From Mobula hypostoma (Eukaryota): a DNA stretch of 64,000 bases. The stretch covers positions 235,974,001 through 236,038,000 of the forward strand of contig NC_086097.1 in the NCBI RefSeq assembly GCF_963921235.1. Direction: 5' to 3'. How positions within the stretch are numbered: the stretch's first letter is position 1; each line of letters begins with the position of its first letter. This document shows positions 1 through 12,491 of the stretch, piece after piece. A program made the position numbers and the translations under genes. The notes below the pieces were generated by a model that searched no databases, was not told the DNA's origin, and worked only from the letters and a program-made list of their open reading frames with translations.

Positions 1-547
1 AAACATTTGCATTTGTGGCTTATGTGGTTGTCATTAAAGCAATAGAACTATATCTTCTTGAATGAAGGAATAAAATTCTCGAAGATATCTGAACTGTAGG
101 CTCAAGCAACAATCCCAGAAACAGAAAATAAATTATTCTCTGACCTCCCAGTAAAATAATAAAATATTCTCAAAGCCCACATTTTAAACATTTACTTTGG
201 AAATTAAAATTAGGAAGAATTAATTTTTTAAACACATTCAGCACTGCCAAAACTTCAATCTTGTACTTTGATGATTAAATCAACCCAAGGGAGTGAAAGG
301 AAAACGGTGTGATTATAGATAGGGCAGTTGAAAGAATTGACATTTGGAACAGAAAGATTATTAACAGTAATTTTTCAACAAATCTTCAAAGTTTAACATT
401 GAGTTAGCGGAAGTTAAACCATTTCCAGTTAATGTAACCCAGAAAGGAAAGACTTTCAAAAAAATGAACAAAAAAAATTCTACGAAAGTTTAAGGCCTAC
501 AAATAAAATCAAAGTTCAAAGTTCAAAGTAAATGTTATCAAAATACA

Positions 548-1432
548 AGTAACACACGTCAAACTTGCTGGTGAATGCAGCAGGCCAGGCAGCATCTCTA
601 GGAAGAGGTACAGTCGACGTTTCGGGCCGAGACCCTTCATCAGGACTAACTGAAGGATAAGCTAGTAAGAGATTTGAAAGTGGGAGGGGGAGGGGGAGAT
701 CCGAAATGATAGGAGAAGACAGGAGGGGGAGGGATGGAGACAAGAGCTGGACAGTTGATTGGCAAAGGGGATATGAGAGGATCATTGGACAGGAGGCCTA
801 GGGAGAAAGAAAAGGGGGGAGGGGAAAACCAGAGGATGGGCAAGAGGAATTTAATTCCACGTCCCATTCCCATTCTGATATGTCTATCCACGGCCTCCTC
901 TACTGTAAAGATGAAGCCACACTCAGGTTGGAAGAACAACACCTTATATTCCGTCTGGGTAGCCTCCAACCTGATGGCATGAACATTGACTTCTCTAACT
1001 TCCGCTAATGCCCCTCCTCCCCCTCGTACCCCATCCGTTACTTATTTATATACACACATTCTTTTTCTCTCTCTCCTTTTTCTCCCTCTGTCCCTCTCAC
1101 TATACCCCTTGCCCATCCTCTGGGTTCCCCCCCCCCTTTTCTTTCTCCCTAGGTCTCCTGTCCCATGATCCTCTTATATCCCCTTTGCCAATCACCTGTC
1201 CAGCTCTTGGCTCCATCCCTCCTCCTCCTGTCTTCTCCTATCATTTTGGATCTCCCCCTCCCCCTCCCACTTGCAAATCTCTTACTAGCTCTTCCTTCTG
1301 TTAGTCCTGATGTAGGGTCCCGAAACATCGACTGTACCTCTTCCTAGAGATGCTGCCTGGCCTGCTGCGTTCACCAGCACCTTTGATGTGTGTTGCTTGA
1401 ATTTCCAGCATCTGCAAATTTCCTCGCGTTTG
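548..1432. mobile_element. Penelope-like element (Neptune-type), 5'-truncated, with inverted pseudo-LTR
   Basis: Minus-strand pLTR 548-850, then plus-strand GIY-YIG C-terminus (LEEQHLIFRLGSLQPDGMNIDFSNFR*) and pLTR; 15-bp TSD TGTTATCAAAATACA at 533-547 and 1433-1447. Confidence 0.9.
611..648 (-). ncRNA. Minimal type I hammerhead ribozyme with intact core, in a PLE pLTR
   Basis: AGTC-CTGATGA-A-GGGT-CTCG-GCCC-GAAA-CGTC-GACT: stem I AGTC/GACT, stem II GGGT/GCCC, palindromic ACGT in place of helix III, GUC cleavage triplet. Confidence 0.85.
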
Positions 1433-2738
1433 TGTTATCAAAATACATATATGTCACCATATACAACCCTGAGATTCATCTTCTTGTGGGCATACTTAGC
1501 AAATCTATAGAATAGTAACTATAACAGGATCAATGAAAGATCAACCAGAGTTCAAAAGACCAAAAACTGTGCAAATGCACAGATTTCAACACACGTGCTA
1601 GTAATAATAAACCTGATTCTAATTCTGAAATGCAACTATAAATAAATAGTAATAAATAATGAAAACATAAGAGAATGAGATAAACAGTCCTTAAAAGTGA
1701 GATCATCGGTTGTGGGAACAGTTCAATAATGGGGCAAGAGCATGTAGTTATTCCCTTTTATTTATGAGCCTAATGATTGAACCTGGTGGTATGAGTCGTG
1801 AGGATATTGTATTCAGCAGTGAGAAGAGAGCATGCCCTGCGTGGTGGGGATCTACGATGATGGATGCTGCTTTCCTCCAAAAAGGTTTCATGTAGATGTG
1901 CTCAAAGGTTGGGAGGGCTTTACCCTGGGCTGAATCTGTGACTTTTTAATAGGATATTCTGTTCAAGGACATTGGTGTTTCCATACCAGGCTGTGATGCA
2001 GACATTTAATATACTCTCCACTACACACCTGTAGAAGGTTGTCAAAGTTTTAGATGTCATGCTGAATCTCCACAGACTCCTAAGGAAGTAGAGGAACTGT
2101 TGTGCTTTTTTCACAATTATATTTTCATACGTGCTGGGTCCAGGACAGGTCCTCTGAAATAGTATTACCCAGGAATTTAAAGTTGCTAACCCTCTCTGTC
2201 TCTGATGAGGACTGGCTCAGGGACCTCTGGTTTACCTCTCCTGAAGTCTACAATCAGTTCCTTGCTACACATTAGAAAGCATAGTATTACAGAATATGAC
2301 ATTCCGCTTTCATATATAATACAATGGAAATGCAATGTCGATGTTATGTCAAACAATTACAATGATCATTTACTCGAACATGGAATTTTAAATAACAAGA
2401 ATAAATATTTAAAGGCCATTTCAGTAGATGTGAAATGTTGAAAACCTCTTTTCTTAATAAAAATGAAATGGTGCATTTATAAGGACAAACATTTGAAATA
2501 TTTTAACAGGATAGACTTGAAAGATGAGGATTGCCAGTCTTTAAAAGTAATCACATTGGAGGTTAGCTAAAATGACTAACAGAGTCGATGAGAAAACATT
2601 ACAATAAAATATAGTTCATGTAGATTCATAATTAGTCAGGGAATGAAGGAGTACATGGAGAAGGGAGGAGATTGGGTCTGAGAGGAAAATTGGAATTAGG
2701 CTAAATGGCCTAATTCTATTCATATATCTTATGGTTTT

Positions 2739-2948
2739 TGTAATATATAGATCTAATTCTTTTAGAGCAATGACCCCCCCCCCCCCTTTAGCAATATGTA
2801 TTAATCTGTTGTCTGTGCATATGCTGTTGTCCACACATGTGCATTGTTCTTTATCTCTCTGTCATTGCAATGTGACTACACCAGTTAAAGCCATCTCCCT
2901 CGTGCGCGCTTTTATTTAATTGATATGTAGTTGTGCAGAGATACAACA
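2739..2948 (+). repeat. 5' LTR of Gypsy element
   Basis: TGTAAT...ACAACA; diverged direct repeat of 5084-5273. Confidence 0.85.
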
Positions 2949-3117
2949 AATTGGCGGCGAGTACGAACCTCAATGTCAGCGAATATCATCAACAGCAGCT
3001 ACAGTTACGGTACGAAGCAACGAGAGTTAAGCAGCATGAGAACACCGTCACAGACGTTAACAAACACGTGAGTAACAGTGAAATATACGCTGAACTTAAA
3101 CTGAAAATAACATTGCA

Positions 3118-3823
3118 ATGGCTTCAGTCGGGAAAGTTGACAAAATTGATCATGCTAATGAAGGCAGGAAGTTGTTTATCGAGAGGGTTGAACTGTATTG
3201 TAATGCGAACAATGTGGAGAAGCAAAATTAAGAACCCTACGCTTCTTAGCTTAATGGGCCCGAGAATGTACAGTCTCTTATGCAAGCTAGTAACTGCTAA
3301 AATGCCAGCAAGCAAGAGGTTTGATAAAATTGCTGCTATTATACAAAATCACTTGAGCCCTAAACTGCTGGCAATAGCTGAGAGATTTAGATTTTACAAA
3401 AGGAACCAGTCAAAAGAAGAAAGCATTTCTGAATATATTGCAGAACTTCAGACATTTTCCCAATACTGTGACCTTAGAGAAGGACTTTCAGATGCATTAA
3501 GGGACAGGCTTGCATGTGGCATGCATAGTCAAAGCAGTCAAAAAGGGCTACTATCAGAAAGAGACCTAGCTTTAAAACAGGTATTGACAATTAGTATATT
3601 GTTAGAGACTGCTGCAAAAGATGCAGCAGAACTACAGAAAAGGAGGTTAGAATGTGAAATGCATAAAATGTCCCTACATGGTGCAAAAAGCCAAAAGTGT
3701 TATCGATGTGGCAAATCCTGCCATGATGCAAATGACTGTTGGTTCAAGGAAAATGTCTGCAGAAATTGTCACAGACAAGGTTGCATAGAGAGGATGTGCA
3801 AAGCAGACAAAAGGCACAACTGA
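3118..3823 (+). pseudogene. gag: Gypsy gag, frameshifted near the N-terminus
   Basis: MASVGKVD..ERVELYCNAN lies in one frame; ERFRFYKRNQ..ESISEYIAEL..LRDRL and CYRCGKSCHDANDC / CRNCHRQGCIERMC lie in the listed ORF frame. Confidence 0.8.
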
Positions 3824-5083
3824 GTGAAAAGTCTCAAACACAAAACTAAGCAAATGCATAAAGATACCAAATGTAAAACAGAATCAGACAACACGGAGTC
3901 TGACAAAGGTGAGTTGTCATGCCTACAACTGCATAGTATTACTGAAGCAAATTGAAATATAATATGGATCACTAAAGATGTGTCTGGCATAAAACTGAAA
4001 ATGGAGCTGGATACAGGGCTAGCTTTGTCTATAATTTCACAGACTGACTACAGCAGACTGTTTTCTAAGATACCATTAGAGAAAACCTCAGTGATGCTAA
4101 AGACTTACACAAGCAAAAAAAGTGTGTCCACTCCGAGGACTATCATTGCCAGAAATGGCTTACCAGAGCAAACTGTGAGTGACAAAGGACCACAATACAC
4201 ATCCGAAGAATTCTGAAAGTTCAATAAGAAAAATGGCATCAGACATTTCAAGTCAGCTCCACACCACCCAGCAATGAATGGGTTAGCCGAAAAATTTATC
4301 CAAACCTTCAAAAAGTCCATTAAAGCAATGGATAAGGAAGGCATTTCTCTGCAGTACAAGGTGGACAACTTCATTTTTGTGCATTGGAACTCCGCTCATA
4401 CAATGACAAATTAAACACCTGCAGTGCTGTTCATGAGCAGGAGTCTGAGATCTTGCATAGACCCCCTGAAACCAGACCTCCAGAAGGAAGTTGAGAATAA
4501 CCAGTTCAGCCAGTTGCCAAGTACAGCAGCAAGGAGCTATTAGATTGGACAGGAAGTCCCAGCATATGATTACTGAGAAGACAAGTGGGCACTCGGTAGG
4601 ATAGCTACAAGAACTAGACAACTGAGATATGCAGTGGATGTTGAACATCAGACATAAAGATGTTATGTGGACCAGACACTGGATGCTCAACTCGAGAACA
4701 CACCTGACTTGACTGCATCCAACAGATGGACACATTACAGTCACTGGACAATGTCACTGACAGCAATGTGACACCGGAAACTGATGACTTTGTCTTAGAC
4801 CAGGCAACTACAAACCTGATGCCATTCCACAGGTCCAGAGGCATGATGAAAATGTTATTGTTGGCAAGACACCTATCAAACCTGATGCGACTCCATAGGT
4901 CCAGAGGCACTATCCCGAAAGAAACAGAGCGCCACCCAAAAGACTGAATCTTTCGAACTGTGAAGTTAGTTATGGACTGTTACTGTGAAAACTTGTTTGT
5001 TTGAAATATGGGTTGATGAAAGAAAAATTGAATGTTTTGTACGTATACAGTTTTATGTTGCTTTCAACTAAAGGAGGCAGAAC

Positions 5084-5273
5084 TGTAATGTATGGATCTA
5101 TTTATTTTAGAGCAATGAAACCCCCCCCCCCAACTTAGCATTACATATTAAAGTGATGTATGTGCATGTGCATTGATCCCTATCTCTTGTTGCAATGTGA
5201 ATACACCATTTAAAGCCTTCTTCAACACGTGTGCTTTTATTTAATTAATATGTGGTTGTGCACAGACACAACC
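5084..5273 (+). repeat. 3' LTR of Gypsy element
   Basis: Diverged direct repeat of 2739-2948, preceded by purine tract AAAGGAGGCAGAAC. Confidence 0.85.
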
Positions 5274-5629
5274 GTCTTATGGTCTTATTTCAGAAGAATC
5301 AAAAAGATTATTGAATAATTCATGGGGCAGCTGTAGTATCGAAGTATTGGAATCTTGACGACTGACCAAATTTTCGTTCTGCTGACATCCTGTCCACTGT
5401 GATATTTGTTATGGACTTCTAGGCAACATGATGGTCATGTTGACAGATACAGAAATGAACATATATGTTGCCTTATTTATAATATTTTTAATATTCTGTC
5501 ATTATTCATGCGCCCGTGCCAGGTCTCACTGTATCTAGTGCAAAAATGCATTGTAGAAGCATAGCTCTGCAGAATCTCTCACTCATAGCCTAGAACTCCA
5601 TCTGCACCAGCAATCACTGGGGAGGGTAT

Positions 5630-6122
5630 CAGCCCTGAGCATACCTTCAAGGAGCACTACCACAAGAAAGCAACAGCCATCATTAAGGACCCCCACCATC
5701 TAGGCCATGCTGTGTTCTCTCTGCTTCTCTCAGGAAAGGGGTACAGGATGCTCAGGTCTCACACTACCTGGTTTAGGAATAGTCATTACCCTTCAGCTAT
5801 CAGACTTCAGAACCAGCATGGGTAACTTGTAGCAACTGATTCCACAATTTATAAACTCACTTTCAAGGACTCTACAACTCATTTTCTCAGTATTATTTAC
5901 TTACTTACCTAGCTATCTGTTTATTATTATTATTATTATTTGTCTATTTTTGTGTTTGCACAGTATGCATTCTTTACACACTGATAGTCGGTCTGTGTTA
6001 AGTCTGTACTTTTTCATTATTCTGTTGTATTTCTTTGTTCTACTGTGAACGCCTGTAAGAAAATGAATCTCAGGGTTGGATATGGTGATATTATGTACTT
6101 TGATAATAAATATTTTGAATTT
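5630..6122 (+). mobile_element. Rex1/Babar LINE 3' end
   Basis: IIKDPHHLGHAVFSLL.SG..YR-like remnant; 3' UTR shared with the 505-1500 and 42185-42618 copies. Confidence 0.7.
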
Positions 6123-6683
6123 TATAGAGTGTTGAGAGAGAGGCTTGGCTTAGTCATCCCTTCCCTAAATCCTCCTTCATTTCCAAGGTAACTTGTCATG
6201 GGCTTGTATTGTGGTTGCCATGTGGAGAACTCTAAAGTTGAGATAAATTTTCCTAGAGGCAAAGTTACCACAGTTTCAATCTATGGAGGAAGCTGCATTT
6301 GGGACTTACACATGTTACACAAATAGCAACTAGTGTTAAAGCAACCCAACGACTTTTCAGATATACATTTTTCCCCTAATTTCATGTCCTGTCTGGACAT
6401 GAGTCTTAATTGCAACAATTGTTTTTATGTATCCAAAGTGATGAAATTCAGCTCCTAATCAATGATCTTCACTTGTGTGAAACCACTTTCTCTGCAATTT
6501 TAAAAAGATATGAACCCATAGTTAATCAATTATTCAAGTTAACCTGTTAATCCGTTCCATTACTTTCAAAGTATTATGCCAACAAATTGCATATTTATTC
6601 CCTCATGAATTCTGGGGTTTGGCTGAAGTTTCTTTGGTACACTGAGTACTTTTTACTCATGTCCTCAAGGAAATGGTTCTTAC

Positions 6684-7095
6684 TCTACACAAGGTGCTGG
6701 AGGAATTCAGCAAGTCGGACAGCGTCTATGGAGGGGAAAAAGTCAATGTTTCGGGCTGATATCCTTCATCAGGACTGGAAAGAAAGGGGGAAGAAGCCAG
6801 AATAAGAAAGTGGAGGGTGAGTGGAAAGAGTACAAGTTTGCAGGTGATAGGTGAAGAGAAAGGTGGGTTGGTGGGGTTGGGAGGATGAAATAAGGATCTG
6901 GGAGATGATAGGTGGCAAAGATAAAGGCTGAAAAAGAAATCTAATTGGAGAGGACAGTGGACTATGGAAGAAAGGGAAGGAGTAGGGGCACCAGACAGAG
7001 GTTGACAATCAGTGGAGAAGGGATCTGAGAGGAACTAGTATGGGGAATGAAATGAAAGAGAAAGAGCACAGGGAGAAATTACCATAACTTAATTT
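6684..7095 (-). mobile_element. Older PLE 3' fragment with hammerhead motif at about 6741-6777
   Basis: Reverse complement reads CAGTC-CTGATGA-AGGATATCAGCCC-GAAACATTGACT; pyrimidine-rich PLE 3' UTR. Confidence 0.7.
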
Positions 7096-7654
7096 TGAGC
7101 TTCTGCAGAATCTTTTGTGTTTATTCGTTCTTACTCTTAACGTTTCCATGAAAAGAAAGTGACAATCAGTGCCAAGTTGCAGGAAGTGTTATTCTGATAT
7201 TCACCTAGCAGAAAGTGAGCAACTATCAATAAGATGTCCAAGTATTTAAGAACCCAAAGGAGATTTAAATAATGAAGTAAAATACAGGACAAATCTTTTT
7301 CTGAAATATGACAATATTGTATTTCACACTAGCATGGAGATTAAGCAGCTGGCAAATGAAGGACAACGTCTGATCTCATTTAAGATTTATTCAGTCTTTT
7401 TCTAGCCCTGATCTTACAATCTATCTCCTTCCGGGTATCTCCATTGACTTTTTAAACACTTGTATGTGGTCAAACATTATTCAGGGAAAGCAAATTGGAA
7501 GAAAAAAAAAGGATTTAGCAAGGATTTTTATTTTATAAGGGAGGAAAAAGGCAAATCTTGCGGTTTCAATTCCTCTGACTGAAATCAACACTAAAGCTTC
7601 CTCAGCCCTGTGTTCTCTGATCTCAATATGGAATGGCTACCATGCTATTTTGAA

Positions 7655-8092
7655 ACATTCAGGATCAGGTTTAATATCGCTGGCTGTGAAAATTGTTGTC
7701 TTAGCAGCAGCAGTACAATGCAGTACATAAAATAATAGAGAAAATGTGAATTACAGTAAATATACATATATATATAATAGTTAAATGAAATAAGTCGTGA
7801 AAAAATAAAAATAAAGCAAAAATAGAAATGAAAGAGTCACGAGGTAGTGTTCATAGGTTCAATGTCTATTCCGAAATCGAATGGTGGAGGGGAAGAAGCT
7901 GTCCCTGAATCATTGGGTGTGTGCTTTCAGACTCATGTACCTCCTCCCTGATAGCAGCAAAGAGAAGAGGGCATGTCCTGAGTGATGGGCATCCTTAATA
8001 ATGGATGCCACCTTTTTAATGCATCGCTCCTTGAATGCGTTCTAGATACTATGGAGGCTAGTGCCCATGATGGAGCTGACGAAGTTTACAAC
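7655..8092 (-). mobile_element. Rex1/Babar LINE 3' end
   Basis: Similar to 59045-59460; reverse strand gives SIIKDAHHSGHALFS..LSGRRY-like remnant. Confidence 0.65.
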
Positions 8093-8149
8093 TTCTGGAC
8101 TCCTGTTGCATTATTGGGGTACAGGAAGATCTGAATGATTTTCTAATGA

Positions 8150-9710
8150 GGCTTTGCCTCTAATATACCCTGAAAGCATTGACAAAGTGCAATACCCCAC
8201 CTTCATTTGTTGTGGCATTTGATACAGTAGACTGTCACACTCGCTGGAATATACTATCAAGATATGGTTGTCCTGACAAGTAATTACAAATACTGAGGCT
8301 ACTTTGGCATGTATGTCAGAGGAGTCAGCAATTGTGGTGCTGAATCTGAACCATTCACTCTCAGGACAGGAGTCAACTATCTGTATCATTGTGCCTCCCT
8401 ATTTATTGGTGCCATCTTTCAGTCATTGGCCAAGACTTGCCACAGTGAATCCCAGTCATGCATAGAATGGACAGCAGGCTTTTCAATCTTGACCAGTTCA
8501 AGATCAGGAGCACCGCCACCATCATGGAACTTCAGTACAGCACACTCTGCAGAAAACCTCTGATGTATCCTAAATGCCTTGAGGGCCTTGGATCTTGTTT
8601 TGAATATAAAAAAGTCACAGGTCCTACATCAGCCACCACCAAACTAACTATTTATCTAACCCTCCATACAAGTTGATAATCTCACCTTTGACATTGTAGA
8701 TCAGTTATCCTACCTTGGCAGCATTCTGTCCTCAAAAGCGGACATCAACTCAGAGATCAACAACGGCCTCAGTAGTATTAATGAAGTCTAAGCAAGATTA
8801 AGGAAAATGGTCTTACACAACCTCGACCTACTGGTCCAAACAAAACTTTTGACCTATCGACCTATTGTTGCTACATTACTGTATAGAGCTGGATCATGAA
8901 CCACCAACAGTAGACTCCGGAAAGCCCTGCAGCAACACACCAAAGAACCTTATGAAAGATTTTGAGGATCAGCAGGAAGGACAGATAAATTAACACCAGT
9001 GTACTGGAGGAAACCATAATGAGCAGCATTTCCACCATGATAAAGCAACGCCAACTCTAATGTATAGGTCATGTCATTCAGATGACTAACTCAGGTGTCC
9101 CCAAACAGATCCTTTATTCCGAGTTGCAGAAAGGTCAGTAAGCCCCTGATGGACAAACAAAATTCTTCAGAGAAAATATCAAAATCAATGTAAAGATATT
9201 CAATATCACATCTAAAAACAGGGAAGACATTGCCATCAATAGATGCACCTGCAGGAAATCTTTTCAAGAGGGAGCTGTGCTACACCAGAATGACCTCTGT
9301 TGTGCTGCAGAGTACAAATGGCAGCTGCCACCAAAAGATCTAACCACTAACTACAGCCACCACTTACTTGTGTCCACACTGCTCCAGTATATGTAGACAA
9401 CACACACAAAATGTGGGAGGTATTCAGCAGACCAGGCAGCATCTATGGAAGAAGGTACAGCTGATGTTTCAGACTGTCCTGCCAAAGGGTTTCAGCCTGA
9501 AACGTCAACTGTACTTTTGTTTTCCATATATGCTGCCTGGGCTGCTGAGTTCCTCCAACATTTTGTGCGTGTTGCTCAGATTTCCAGCATGTGCAGATTT
9601 TCTCTTGTTTAGAATACCTGGATCCCAGATTGGCCTCTACAGCCATCTGAGGACTCATCAATAGACAATCCTTGAGGCGAGTATCTTTACTCAAGTGATC
9701 ACCCTACACC
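8150..9710 (+). mobile_element. RTE-clade LINE, decayed RT and 3' end
   Basis: SEPFTLRTGV, YLGSILS..ADINSEIN, GHVIQM..PKQILYSEL..G and terminal CPHC..IGLYSHLRTH motifs; many stops. Confidence 0.75.
9396..9610. mobile_element. Palindromic PLE mini-insertion (old) inside the RTE 3' end
   Basis: Inverted pLTR arms around a degenerate hammerhead (GTCCTGCCAAAGGGTTTCAGCCTGAAACGTCAACTG); splits the RTE CPHC..IGLYSH motif. Confidence 0.75.
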
Positions 9711-10368
9711 CCACCTTCAGCATTATTAGCTCTCAAGACCATTCAAAGCTTTTGCAATTTTTAAATATCTCTGTTTAAATTTTAAAGAAATAATTCAAAA
9801 AAAAGAGAAGGTAAACTAAAACACAATGAAAATATTTCAGATAAAGGGAGTTAGCTTCCCATTTGACTCTGAATCTGCAACCCAATAACCTCCATAGAAG
9901 TCAGTAGCATCTCAGATCATCTACCAGGTCTAACCTGATGCAGGATTGAAGAGATAATTGCTTGCAATAAATTTGACGGAAAGCTCAGAAAGGCTGGACT
10001 GTAATAGTGGATTCTGCAGCAAAATGAATTGCTTTTGTTCCAAATTTGTCACTATGATGGATATTAGCATTCCAAAGCCCAAGAGGTTTATTTCTAATCT
10101 CAGTTTTCTAGCACAGCCACAATATCTTTCCAAAGGGCCAGAGTTACTGGTGATAAAATTAAACTTTTAACTAATGCTCTTTACTCAGCTTTTTGTTGTG
10201 AACAAGAAGCTTTTTACAATTTTCAATATAAATTGCAAGCAGTAATTAGCTTGAAGTTAAAAACACAGGCTAATAGTGCAGAGCAGGTGAATGGTTGCTA
10301 AGATGCCTGGTTTACAAAGTGAACTGGTTTGCACACAGAAGACAGAGGGTAGTTGTTGAAGGGACTTA

Positions 10369-12491
10369 CAGTGGCATGCAAAAGTTTGGGCACCTCTGGT
10401 AAAAATTTCTGTTACTGTGAATAGCTAAGTGAGTAAAAGATGAACTGATTTCCAAAAGGCATAACGTTAAAGATGACACGTTTCTTTAATACTTTAAGCA
10501 AGAAAACTTTTTTATTTCCATCTTTTACAGTTTCAAGATAACAAAAAAGGAAAAGGGTCCGAAGCAAAAGTTTGGGCACCCTGCATGTCAGTACTTAGTA
10601 ACACCCCCTTTGGCAAGTATCACAGCTTGTAAATGCTTTTTGTAGTCAGCTAAAAGTCTTTTAATACTTGTTTGTGGGATTTTTGCCCATTCTTCCTTGC
10701 AAAAGGCTTCTAGTCCTGTGAGATTCTTGGGCTGTCTTGCACGTACTGCTCTTTTGAGGTCTATCCACAGATTCTCGATGATGTTTAGGTCAGGGGACTG
10801 TGAGGGCCATGACAAAACCCTCAGCTTGCACCTCTTGAGGTAGTCCATTGTGGATTTTGTGGTGTGTTTAGGTTCATTATCCTGTTGTAGAAGCCATCCT
10901 CTTTTCATCTTCAAGCAACACACATCAAAGTTGCTGGTGAACGCAGCAGGCCAGGCAGCATCTCTAGGAAGAGGTACAGTCGATGTTTCGGGCCGAGACC
11001 CTTCGTCAGGACTAACTGAGGAAAGAGCTAGAAAGAGATTTGAAAGTTGGAGGGGGAGGGGGAGATCCAAAATGATAGGAGAAGACAGGAGGGGGAGAGA
11101 TGGAGCCAAGAGCTGGACAGGTGATTGGCAAAAGGGATATGAGAGGATCATGGGACAGGAGGCCCAGGGAGAAGGAAAAGGGGGAGGGGGGAAAAAACCC
11201 AGAAGATTGGCAAGGGGTATAATGAGAGGAACAGAGGGAGAAAAAGGAGAGTGCGAGAAGGAATGTGTGTATATAAATAAATAACGGATGGGGTACGAGG
11301 GAGAGGTGGGGCATTAGCGGAAGTTAGAGAAGTCAATGTTCATGTCATCAGGTTGGAGGCTACCCAGATGGAATATAAGGTGTTGTTCCTCCAACCTGAG
11401 TGTGGCTACGTCTTTACAGTAGAGGAGCCCGTGGATAGACATATCAGAATGGGAATGGGATGTGGAATTAAAATGTGTGGCCACTGGGAGATCCTGCTTT
11501 CTCTGGTGGACAGAGCGTAGGTGTTCAGCAAAATGATCTCCCAGTCTGCATCGGGTCTTGCCAATATATAGAAGGCCACATCGGGAGCACTGGACGCAGT
11601 ATATCACCCCAGCCGACTCACAGGTGAAGTGTCGCCTCACCTGGAAGGACTGTCTGGGGCCCTGAATGGCGGTAACGGAGGAAGTGTAAGGGCATGTGTA
11701 GCACTTGTTCCGCTTACACGGATAAGTGCCAGGAGGGAGATCAGTGGGGAGGGACGGGGGGGGGGTACGAATGGACAAGGGAGTCACGTAGCGAGCGATC
11801 CCTGCGGAATGCAGAGAGGGGGGGGAGGGAAAGATGTGCTTAGTCGTGGGATCCCGTTAGAGGTGGAGGAAGTTACGGAGAATAATATGTTGGACCCGGA
11901 GGCTTATGGAGAATAATCTGTTGGAATGTTGACTGTACCTCTTCCTAGAGATGCTGCCTGACCTGCTGCGTTCACCAGCACTTTGATGTGTGTTGCTTGA
12001 TTTTCCAGCATCTGCAGATTTCCTTGTGTTTACTCTATTCATCTTCAGCTTTTTTACAGACGGTGTGATGTTTGCTTCCAGAATTTGCTGGTATTTAATC
12101 GAATTCATTCTTCCCTCGACCAGTAAATATTCCCCGTACCACTTCATCAGTCACAGGACTTGTTTCCAAAATTCATCAGGCTTTTGTAGATGTTCCTTTG
12201 AACCTTTTGAAAAGAACTTTTTGGCTGTAATGAGCAAAGGTATGTTTGGAGAAAAAAGAGTGCAGAATTTCATGAAAAAAGCCCCTTTCCAACTGTTAAG
12301 CACAGTTGTGGATCGATCATGCTTTTGGCCCTTTTCCCTTTCTGTTATTTTGAAACTGTAAAAGATGAAAATAAAAAAGTTTTCTTGCTTAAAATATTAA
12401 AGAAATGTGTCATCTTTAACGTTATGCCTTTTGGAAATTAATTCATCTTTTACTCGCTTAGCTATTCACAGTAACAGAAATTTTTACCAGA
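10369..12491 (-). mobile_element. Tc1/mariner DNA transposon with long IR/DR-type inverted repeats, rearranged
   Basis: TA|CAGTGGCATGCAAAAGTTTGGGCACC terminus; DR GCAAAAGTTTGGGCACC at 10378 and 10564; inverted copy at 12321-12491; transposase QQDNEPKHT, WPSQSPDLNIIENLW, KGGVTKY*. Confidence 0.9.
10914..12031 (-). mobile_element. Neptune-type PLE inserted in the Tc1 transposase
   Basis: ORF 11314-11787 has a Cys-rich linker plus GIY-YIG endonuclease (VIYCVQCSRCGLLYIGKT..RLGDHFAEH); hammerhead at about 10977-11013; inverted pLTR piece 11925-12031; about 15-bp duplication CTCT(T/A)TTCATCTTCA. Confidence 0.9.

Larger units (their letters stand above)
505..2265 (-). mobile_element. Rex1/Babar-type LINE, decayed 3' part, interrupted by a Penelope-like insertion
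   Basis: ORF 1920-2114 KKAQQFLYFLRSL..FYRCVVESIL..CITAWYG resembles the Rex1 RT C-terminus; (TTTGAAC)n 3' tail near 510-530; same 3' UTR recurs at 6060-6120 and 42550-42615. Confidence 0.75.
2739..5273 (+). mobile_element. Gypsy LTR retrotransposon (Mag-like), internally deleted (no RT/RNase H)
   Basis: Paired short LTRs; PBS-like TGGCGGCGAG at 2952; purine tract before 5084; gag with two Cys/His knuckles; protease MELDTG; integrase C-terminal half (TVSDKGPQYTSEEF, APHHPAMNGLAE); inserted in an (ATGGTCTT)n CR1 tail. Confidence 0.9.

Noticed and set aside
2933..3823. 296-aa ORF as a domesticated gag gene
   Set aside because: The true gag N-terminus (from 3118) is in another frame, one knuckle His is mutated, and the ORF lies inside a decayed LTR element
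10588..11151. 187-aa PLE-Tc1 fusion ORF as a novel chimeric gene
   Set aside because: Chance in-frame junction made by PLE insertion; lacks the transposase DNA-binding region and first catalytic Asp
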